Shown here piece by piece: positions 50,001 to 61,400 of a DNA stretch of 64,000 bases (its first letter is position 1; the number at the start of each line of letters is the position of its first letter). The DNA is taken from NCBI GenBank assembly GCA_002633005.1, contig NMRA01000385.1:189839-253838 (forward strand). The letters are read 5' to 3'. A model generated the notes under the pieces. The model had not been told where the DNA came from. It saw nothing but the letters and a program-made list of their open reading frames with translations, and made no database searches. The stretch is from Phoronis australis (taxonomy: Eukaryota; Animalia; Phoronida). The position numbers and the translations under genes were made by a program.

Positions 50001-53000
50001 GAGACACAGTTCCCCAGTATTGCCAATGTTGGCTTTCAACAGTTCCCTCTTGATCTCAGGTAGATTACACGTACATCATAAATGATCATTAATCCCCTTC
50101 ACTTTTCTGCATTTTCACTACTCACAGCATCAGAATTACTCTGCATTATGATCCTCTCAACTGTTTCCTAATATCTTTTTGTTAACAGCCCGCTTTTCAG
50201 TGCATTGCTTTTCCAGCAAACTGCACTTCCTTTCTCATTAATCAAGTTAGTCTCAATTGTATTGTTTGGAACTCATTCTTTTCTCATGAGCAACACTTGC
50301 TTTTTGTCTGTCACAAGATATTGCTTGTTGTAGGTGCTTGAGACCTTGTCGTATGCACTTGATCCTCCATAAAGTTGATTTGTAAAATCTCATTAACATT
50401 TTATTATTACTTTAGTAAGCATCCAATTTGTCGGATCCTAAATACTATAAAAAATAAGTAAGGTGATTTTTTCTCAAATGAGGCTATCTTATTTAATCTG
50501 AAAGTGTGCGGAATGGTTCCGCACTTTTTTAATATCCACTTAGGGCCATAAAAACTGGTATAAAACAAATCTATACCTTACCCTAAACATGTTTACAATG
50601 TTACATTTTTATTTCCTCAATTATTTTTTTCTTAATTTGAAGTTCAATTTTTGCCATGTGGAATATTTCGCACATTTGCGGAATATTCTGCAAATCAGCG
50701 GAATATTCCGCAGATTTTGAGAAAAAATCGCCTTAAGTATATTTGGACGTTTGGATATTTCTCATCACACCAGCTAGTTTTGTAAATAACAAAAATGGCT
50801 GGCAATGACTGTTATGGCAGCCAGCTTACAAATTTGCATCAACATTTCTGATTACAAAGTGTCTGAAATTGTAGCCAGCTCCCAAATTTGCCTTTTTATT
50901 CTCAGTCATCTGAGAAGATGCTCTGATGATGAGTTCAGCTTCCACCCAACCATCCAATGATGGGGAATTCTATATTGTATTCATGAATAATTTTGACTGC
51001 TTGTTTCATTTTATTATGGTACACATGTTGCTCATTTTCAGGTAAAGAGTAATTCTAAAAAACGTCAGAATTTGGATGTCTCACAAATAGATGAATAGAT
51101 TCTGCTAAAACTTACAAATGCAAGTTGTGTGATTTTGCAATGTTCTTTTGATTACTGTCTTGATTATTCGGCTTTGCATAACTAAGATGATACTGAAAAT
51201 TGGGAAGGAAGAAATTCACAAAAAATTGAGAAGTTGCATGGATCAAAAGCAGAGAAGATCATTTGGAAAATCTGTTACTGCATTTTTGTGGTATCATTTT
51301 TAATGTGGAATTGAAAAAAATGTCATCTTATTGATACGCTTGTTTTTAAAGAAAACACGGTCAAGTAAGATATTTAATTTTGGATTTAGTGAGAAGTCAA
51401 ACTTTTTGTGTTTCTACTTTGAGAAAAATAATTTTGTAGATATTTGTATAAATGCGCATACTTGCTGAAGATGTTTTTCCACAACATTAAGATCCCAATC
51501 ATAAAAAACATTCCGTAAAAAGAAAGTTGGCTGCTTTTATTGGTGAAAAACTTGAACTGGAAGTCTTTTTTATCTATTCTCACTTGCTTACTATACAGTT
51601 CACTGTTATTTCCAGTGGAGGTATGGATTTGGTACTGACGCCATTACGAATAGAGCTGATGGCCTTTGTGGAAGTCCATCTATTTGTCACCTCCGAAATC
51701 CTCTGGGAGGGCTTCATCTGGAAATTTGCCACCAAACCAATCACAATGAACATGTTTACCATAGAGAAGGCAGAGGAGGACAAGTCGGCACCTCAGTTCC
51801 AGGGTGCTTCAAGTGCCACCAAAACAAGACGTTCTGGTCAACCTTGCAAGGTATGGTGCACTTTACTTCACACTAAAAAACAATGCACAGCATGTTGTGC
51901 TTCTTCCATAATATACTACTTCCTGTAGGTTGTCACTTACACGGTGAAATGAACAACCGGACAATTTTCGACTTATTTAAATGCGTCACATTTAGCTTTT
52001 GGTCAATTAAATGCCAAATTCTGTGGAAACTTGGCCGGAGTAATAAAGTGACTGGGCTAGGTACACAAAGCTTTTTTGTGAAACTTGAGTTGGCCCATTA
52101 ATTAAATCAATGTAAACAATGCTCTGGTGCTAAAAACACTGTGTTCACAGATGAATTCTATTTTTCAAAGCAATATGTTCTCGTTCCTATCTTTGACAAC
52201 ATACAAAATTGAATAAATACACAACAATTGTCGTTATTTACAGTCTTTATTCCACTCTGTTCATATAGTTGGAACAAAGTTTTACTCTACTCAACAGAAC
52301 ATTGGTGAAGCAACTGATCTGAAGAAACATGAATAAAAGACACATATTTCGAAACATACTTGTTTCATTCTCAAGTGGAAATAAAATGACTCGGTAATAC
52401 TTTTTGAATTAAAATTGGTTACAATAAATCCCTAGGAACTCCCCCGACTGCCATATTGCCTTGAAAACTGAAACTAACTCGTCGTGATAAGTAACTAAAT
52501 GAGCCAGGTCTGAGTGATGTGTCAGTGCCACCTACTGTACAAGACGGAAAATATTTACACAAAATACTGTTTACTCATCACAACGTCTTATTCTATTAAC
52601 AACAAAAATGACTAGCAGTTATAACTATTAGGGTGCCAAAATTCAAAATTCTAATTACAGAACCGCTTAAGGTAGGTGGATACACAAAAAAATTAATTTT
52701 GACTGTTTTTTACATTTTCATATCATCCTAATCTTTAATTCTTGATGCACAGTATACTGAAGAAAAATAAAATCATTCTGAAAATCCAAAGTTGTTTTTT
52801 TAGCTATATTTGACCAAGCCTCAGTAAGTCATACGGCTTGAGTGCTCACCAGCTCAGTGATTGGCAACTGGGGCGGAGCTTATATACAAGGACACTAACT
52901 CTAATCAAGCCCTGTCAACAAGCATTACGTAACCGGGCAATCGAGAGTGATGTACCAGCTGATATTGGTGTTGTAGCAAGACCAAGAATAAAACAATTCT

Positions 53001-56000
53001 ATTTTTGACCATGTGAAAGTTAGTAGTGAAATGGTGAACTAGCTCCTGTTCCGAGCCTGAGCCTGTTTGTCTATCTGCAAAAGAATTAAGTTGAGTACGC
53101 CAAGCCCTACCGAAGCCATCACTGCACTCAGCTTGAGGAGTCCGTGCAGAAATTGTGCATGTATAAGAGAAGTCGGTAATATGAGGTCAGTTGTCTTGCG
53201 AGAGAACGCTGAGTGTCGACGTGGGTGGTGTTGCACGATTCGGTGAGAGTGCATACACGCGCTGTGAAGACAAGCCGCGCGCGCGACACATGGACAACTA
53301 CATGCCGTCAGAGTAGAGTATTCGCAGATAAACCGTGCTTCTGTGCTGGGAACGTGCCGTGGAGAAACTAGGCTGTCAAACCCAGAGGATTTTTAACTTG
53401 CCACTGACCGTAACCCAAAGAATTGGAGAAATGACCCAGTGTTCAACATAACAAAAATTTTTCTAGTGCATAGATTCAAACGTAACCCTGAATTAAAACT
53501 CATGATATTATACGATTTTAGAGGAAAGCAATATAAGAAACTTTTAAGTTAAAAGTAACTTGAGAATCTCACCCAAGCGGCGCTATTTGCGCAGAAAGTG
53601 ATATTTTCTTATCCCAAAGTCCATTCGGTACAGGCACGTAAAAATGTTGAACCATTGCTATGAAAGTAGTTCTTTATCCTCGTCGCCAATATTGTTATGT
53701 AGGCAGTAACGCGGCGATTTGATATAACACATATATTGGTTGATGATAATATTGGAATACTAACAAATAGGTCTGTGTAATATAGTTAGAGAGTCTTTTA
53801 CAAACTGAGTGGAGAGTTCAGATGAATCGTATAAACAATCAACACATGGTGGTCGGCACACCAGTACAGCAGACAATAGATCAACGCTAAGCTCCGCCCA
53901 CGTGACAGCCATATTTGTTTTGGTCGTCTGTCGTGCATCACAAGTTCGAAAAAATGATTAAAATTACGCTGTAAACAAACAGGTATGTCACATTTTCTAA
54001 ATATGAAGTAAATATCAGCTTTATTTCTAGTACTTCAACAAAAATTGGAACATAATGACCACGCATTCTGAACGAAATTTGATCTCAAGTGGCAATCGAT
54101 GACCGCTTAACTTCAAAGCCGTTTTTCTCGGCTCGTGATTTCAGGATAGTGACACGATTCTCGGGCCTATTTTTCCACAACACGTGGGTCAATTTTAACG
54201 AAAGTTGCAAATTTGAAATCCTCTTGGACTGAAGTAAAATCGCGTGCCAGGGTTTTTTGATAAATGGACCAGATTTTTAGTTATTAGACGGAAAGTGACC
54301 AAATGACAAAAAGTGGCGTGCTTGCCCCAACTCACACGCAAAAAATGCCACAAAATCAAGATCATAATGATTTTGTACATATATTTGGTATGGATAAGTA
54401 GAATATTGCGTAAGGAAATAGTTGATAATGATCCCTGTGCATTTTGAAAAAAAATTCGAGGTAAAATTGGATTTGTTGAAAATTAAAAAATACGATTTTT
54501 TAAAAAAACGAACTACAAAAAAAACATTTTTTTTCGATTTTTGTCACTTTCAGAGTCATGTCTAACTAGTTAAAACTCCCTTTTTACTCATTTTAGTTAG
54601 GAACCTGGAGATTTGATCAGTGTATACACCTACCTTAACTATATTACTAAATTTTTCTGTTAACCCTTTATTCTTGGTCATGAGAGAAGACTACTATGAC
54701 AATGCGTCTGGATTTCACCCAGCTATTATTTTTAAATCTGATTACATTTAGCTTGCACTGTAGAAGTAATTTCTTTTCTGAGTGACAAACAAGAGAAGAC
54801 AAATTGTATAACTGCTGAGAGTAAGTGTAATCAACAGTTTGTGTTCGACAGAATGTTTGGTTTCAAAGCTCTTTTAAGTAGCTAGTGTTACAGCATGCAG
54901 TATCCTCAGACAGCATTTATGTGGCTTATGTGCTATAATGTCGTTTATATCTATAGATGCAAACCACAAAGGATATTACACAGATGCTGCAAATTTGTCA
55001 CGTTGTCTGGTGGCTGCCATCTTTATTCACACTCCAGTGCCATCTATTGTTTATAACAATAACCAATACATTGCATCCCTCCAACCATCAGAATAAACAA
55101 CCTTAAACAAAATTCACTTGTTAAAATCTAAAGTCACTGATTAAGTAAAGTCAAATGCCTAAATGAAACTTAAGAACTCTAAACTTAAAATGCATGACAT
55201 AGCCAACGTTTTCAACTATATAAGTAGTCTATAAAATACTACAACAGTTCTCAACGTCTGAATCTTTCAGGATGCTCAATATTCTCACGCGGTCTCAGGT
55301 TAGGTCCATCCCTTTCAAGGGAATTGTTTGGAATGATAGCTGCTTCTGGAACAGGTTTGAAATGGAACCTGTTCCTGGTCACATTTCTCTGCGCAATTCT
55401 AGCTGTGATCATGTCCCCTTTGATTTGCACAGCAGTTATCGGATTGGGATCATACGGAGAACACAGCCTGTTCGTTTTGGGTTGGAGAACAACGGTATCT
55501 CCAATGGGTAACTGACTTGGGGTGTTTTTTGGTCCTGCTGATCCACATGTGATTTCTGTTTGCTTTTCTGCTGTTCATCACGGATCATAAGATCGAGGTC
55601 ATTGCTTTGATGGGGCACTTCAGGTAGCAACACTTTAATGTTCGATCCAAACAGTAATTCAGCAGGAGCTACACCAGTTGTAGAGTGAGGGGTTGCACAG
55701 TAGTTTCTCAACATTTTAATATTTTTTCTGTTTCCACGACTTTCCTTTGACAGTTGCTGTTCAAATAGATTTGTTCGGAGTTTTCACTGAAGTTTTCAGC
55801 AGTGACACGTTAGCTCTGAGCCATAGCAGGGTGATACGGCGATGCTTAATGCCACAGTAATTCATGAAACGACGGAATTCATGGCTGGTAAATGGAGGAC
55901 CATTATCCAACTTCAGTACCTCGGGTGCACCCAGAGTAGCAAAAATCTTGTCTAACACAGGTGTACTTTATGCGGCGGATGTAGAACGCACAATTTCCAC

Positions 56001-57639
56001 AACAGGGAAATGTCTGAACTCATCAGTCACCACTAAACAATAGTCACCGGATAGGAAAGGTCCTGCAAAATCCATTCATAACGATTACCATCTTTCTTGT
56101 GGCAAAGGGGTCATTTGACACGCATGGAGAACATTTTGTCACACAACGACGCACGGATAGCAATGCTTGACTTTCTTTTTGACCATTTCGTCGAGGAGAG
56201 TGAACCACACTTAAGCACGCAGTAATGCTTTGGTTTTCACTAGGCCCTGGTGACTTTCATGGGCTAAATGAATTACCTTGTCACGAGGAGAAGCGAACAC
56301 AATAAATCGGTCACCATGGAGAATGACATCATCAGTCACACTAAGTTCGGACACTTAGTGAAAATCTTCATATTGTCACACTCCTTGTACTTATGCCATT
56401 AATTGTCAATCAACCATTTGACAATCTGCAACAACGGGTCAGTCCGGGTTGCTTCACGAATCTCACACAAAGTGATGGCTTTTGGACACGCTTGCTCGCT
56501 AACAAAATTGATATAGTTCTCGGTGGAAGTCAAACCATTACAGGTAACATAGTGCACAACGGGATGCCTGGACAGATAGTCCGCAGGATTTGAGGCACCT
56601 TGTCTGTAGACTACTGTTTATTCCGTTTGCTAAGACTGGAAACCTTCAACACTGAGTGTAATCGCAATAAGCAAATTATGATAAATAACGGTTACAGCAA
56701 TAAGTTTGTTGATGAGAATATGAAGCTTTTCATAAGCCGGTTGCAGAAGCCTACCGTATGTGTTTAAAACAAGCAAGTGGTTGTACCAAGAAACTATTCT
56801 ACCGCAACCAGTTCCATTCACATTATGTTGAAGATGAACGAGTTTTAAAACGGATCATCCATAATAATGTTAAGACCGTTAAGCCAGAAGATAGCTTTAA
56901 GTTAATTATATATTACCAAAACCATAAAACTAAAGATTTTGTTGTTAAAAACAATATGTGCTCAAAGTCTGTCCGAGTATTAGCCAAAACTGTCTTGATT
57001 TATCAGTTCAATTGCCCCCACAACGAATGTATTCGTTCAAACACTGATTGCTCAAGGTATGTTGGTTATACAACTTGCACTTTATCTCGCCGGTTATCTA
57101 TGCATTTACAGAATGGATCAATTAAAAATCACTTCCAAACACTCCACAAACAGAAAATTTCTCTTTCAGATATTGTTGACAATACCATCGTCAGGTATTT
57201 TGAACGTGACTCCTTTCGTTTGAAAATACTCGAAGCTTTAATAATTAAAACTGAAACTTCTGACATAAATCCCAAGATACTGGGTTCCATTGTACCTTGT
57301 CGTTATATAAATAATGTCCATAAGTTGTAACACCTATGTATTTTATTAAATTTTACGTTTCATAGTACATTAGTTTCCGTGACAATTTGCACGATAGCGT
57401 TTATGATTTTTAAATTTATTTGCCTTTGATGACTGATGTATAGTCGAAGTACCACTACTGTTTTATTATGAAATGTTTTGTACAGAGTTTTATATTTGCT
57501 CAATAATATGTGTTCGTGATGCCACTTACACTGGGCGATCTACTATATCAACTACCATCCGATGAAATACACTTGGGTAGACACTACGAAAGTTTGTTGT
57601 ACAAACTATTTAAAGCCAAGAATAGCTTACTTTTCAATG

Positions 57640-57678
<39 letters not shown>

Positions 57679-58394
57679 ATATTTATATACTGTGTTTTGA
57701 TTTGTTTGATTTGATGTTGTCGTACTATTTTTTCCTGAAGGTGGTTTGTTTTGTAATACTTACATAATAACCCTCTCTTGCTTAGGTTGGCCAACTTACT
57801 GATCTGGATGTGACAGACACCCAGTTCGAACTGGAGGTGGATGCTGAGGATGAAAACAGTGAAGTGACAATGCATTATGCTGTGGGCACTTATAAAGGTG
57901 GAACAAACGTAATAGTAAGTTACCTGTTTTTCATTATCTCTTTTGATACAGCTATAATTATGAAAATATCTCTTTATGTATATTTGCTCATAAAAATGGA
58001 GCTTAGTGTAAAAGACCATTCACAATTATTGCCGTTNTCGTTATAGAAATAATGTCCATAAGTTGAAACACCTATGTATTTTATTAAATTTTACGTTTCA
58101 TAGTATATTTATTTAGTTTCCATGACAATTTACACGATAGCGTTTATGATTTTTAAATTTATTTGCCTTTGATGACTGATGTATAGTCGAAGTACCACTA
58201 CTGTTTTATTATGAAATGTTTTGTACAGAGTTTTATTATATATTTGCTCAATAATATGTGTTCGTGATGCCACTTACACTGGGCGATCTACTATATCAAC
58301 TACCATCTGATGAAAGACACTTGTGTAGACACTACGAAAGTTTGTTGTACAAACTATTTAAAGCCAAGAATAGCTTACTTTTCAATGAAACACA

Positions 58395-58430
<36 letters not shown>

Positions 58431-61400
58431 ATATTTACATACTGTGTTTTGATTTGTTTGATTTGATGTTGTCGTACTATTTTTTCCTGAAGGTGGTTTG
58501 TTTTGTAATACTTACATAATAACCTTCTCTTGCTTAGGTTGGCCAACTTACTGATCTGGATGTGACAGACACCCAGTTCGAACTGGAGGTGGATGCTGAG
58601 GATGAAAACAGTGAAGTGACAATGCATTATGCTGTGGGCACTTATAAAGGTGGAACCAATGTAATAGTAAGTTACCTGTTTTTCATAATCTCTTTTGATA
58701 CAGCTATAATTATGAAAATATCTCTTTATGTATATTTGCTCATAAAAATGGAGCTTAGTGTAAAAGACCATTCACAATTATTGCCGTTTTTACGAGTTTA
58801 AACATCATATCACGTTTTGGTCATAATAGACAGACCCGAAAAACCTCGCCTCATTTTTGGGTCGACGGAAATTCCTGAGAAAACCACAAACTCTTTTAGC
58901 CAGTAAAAACACGATTTTATGCCTAGTATACACTTTACCTGATGGCATTAAGTTCCATTGCCAGACCAGGTGTAATTTCCATGTTTATTGCCCCTATGGC
59001 CCAAATTTAAAGTCGTTGATAAAAGCATGTCACGTAAGTCCCGTTTAGACATCAGCTTTTGGTCCGGTGCAACTGACACGGAGCAAACTGACCCATGTCA
59101 AGTGGCCGTTTACACGCACAACTCACTAATTGTGGCAAGATGGAAATTGCAGGCTGGAAAGACTGGATCGCACATGTGCAGGTTTACAAATGACGATAGT
59201 TGCAGAGACAAAGAACCCATACGTAGGTCATTAGGCAAGCGCAGTAGAGATGATCCTTTCCGCCTTGTCCCAGTTTCGCGTTTAGACATATAATTGACAT
59301 GGACCAAGATGTTTGGGTGCAAATTGCTCTAACCTCACAAACGGGTGGCAAAATTTGTCTCCCCGGAGTCAGTTTACTCCGTGTCAGTCCCGTTTACACA
59401 CTGGAACAACTCATTCCATGTCAGCTGATCCGTGTCAACTTTTGAAGTGTAAACAGCACTTAAGTCCCTGTTACTCCTGAGATTATATCACAAACATTTC
59501 GCGTTATAGTACGCTTTAGGGAGAAGAGATCAAGGGCTGCTGCTATGATCTTGACACCATGAACGTTTTGAAAATGGTGAAATGGTCATCGGCTTTTATG
59601 TAACTACAGTTCTCTGATGGGACACTTTTGTAATGGTGTGGTGTGCAGTCATAGAAATCTGGTATGCTCACCAATAGTATCTGAAATTAATACTTTCAAT
59701 TACCGTATACTTTTCATACTTTCCAGAGGACAGGGTTCAGGGAAGTGTATCTTTTGCATGCTCGTGGAAATTTTATTGCGTATTATTTACATTTTTTTGA
59801 CTTGTCTTATTTTAGGGCTGGACTCAAATGGCTGCTACCAATGCTCTGGTAGAGGCCAAGATGCCTGGTGGCATACCTCTATACTTTACTGTGAGGGCCA
59901 AGAACGAACAGGGGATGGAGGCCCTGGCTCAGTGTCAGCTGGAGACATTTGATAACACTTTACCTGAGGGACGAGTAAATATGTTGTATTTGTACTCGGC
60001 TAACCCTAAGGTCATTCAGTAAGTATTGTGTGTACACTCAGCTAAACCCAGAGCCACTCAGAAAGTGTTGTTCAGCAGTTATCTCTGTCCATTTAAGTGG
60101 TGTCATTCACTATATCTATAGTCAACTAGCCATGAACTCTGCTGACACTGGGTCATTCATTATATCTTTATCGCATTATCTAGTTGGTGGAATCAGAATC
60201 TACACTATGCCTTTGAATTCATTCACCCTAAGTGTCGTGTGTTAAACATGGGCGGCGCACCATAGGGGCCTGGGGGGCTATAGCCCCCCCCTTATTTCAG
60301 TGCTGCACCACCCATGTTAAAACTGATCTGGTCACCACAATGGTGTTGCAAGGGTTATTGTCGACTGGGGTGGATGAAAATAGTGCCATTTCCCTTGTGG
60401 GTGCCTCCTATGTCTCACCCCTTAACCCCAAGTGATTCTATTTCTGTCACACTTTGTACTGTATATTAGACAAGTACTCTTGTTCATGCTATGGTCATCG
60501 AAATAATCAACCAGGGTGTGTTCCACTGACCCAAAATTCTCGGCAAAAAGCAAGAGTATTCACAACTAAAGGTGTATACTGTGATACTAGAGAAAATGAA
60601 GTGCTTAAGTTGGCGAGGTTAAAATGTTGAATTATATGGTATAGAATCCATTAATTATCGGTTAGAATTCACAGGTTCTGTTCATTAAGGTAATATTTCT
60701 TGTCACAAGTGCAATCTAATGCTTGGTGTCAATGGAACATAGCTCAGGATGAAAAGAAAGGTGCCCACCGGTTGCATGGTGCCTGTCATAGTTTGCCTAG
60801 TCAGTCACATGACCTGCAAGACAGAGACCACGGATTGAAAAATGATAATGAACTAAGATTTTGAAAATGTCCTTGTATAACTACACTCAGTATTGGCCAA
60901 CAACAAAATACCATTTCCACTTCATGCTGACCAGTTAGTCTTTAGCCACTCACAAGTTCAGTGTATTTGGGGCATTCAATCTTTTCATGAAATAAATTAT
61001 CGGCATTCTAGTGACACATTTTGTGAATTGCACATCAGACCAAGGGTACTTTATCAGTCCGTCAAAAGTTACTGGTGATTCTGCGAAGTCTCCTTTACTT
61101 TTCAATAAGTAAAACTCAGGAAAGTAATTCTTGAGTCTAATCATTTTACTGGAGAAATGTGTTTGATAATTTCATTAAGAACTTGAAATGTCCAATTAAT
61201 TCCATAACAGTGAAAAGTTAAATCTGCTTATTTTGTATGTTGTTTTCCTGCTAAGAGCTGCACATTATGCCGTCTCAATAAAAGGTATCAAAATCTCCAA
61301 CAAACGAATAATTAATATATGCCCTGCAGTAGTGGTCTTTTTAACACAATTCACGCAAAGAGAAAAGAGTATTGTTCTCTTTTTACAGGGGATCTGTAGT

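Larger units (their letters stand above)
57310..58786 (+). repeat. ~730 bp direct duplication across a single N (58037)
   Basis: 57310-58036 is nearly identical to ~58047-58786, with SNPs and small indels. Confidence 0.9.
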
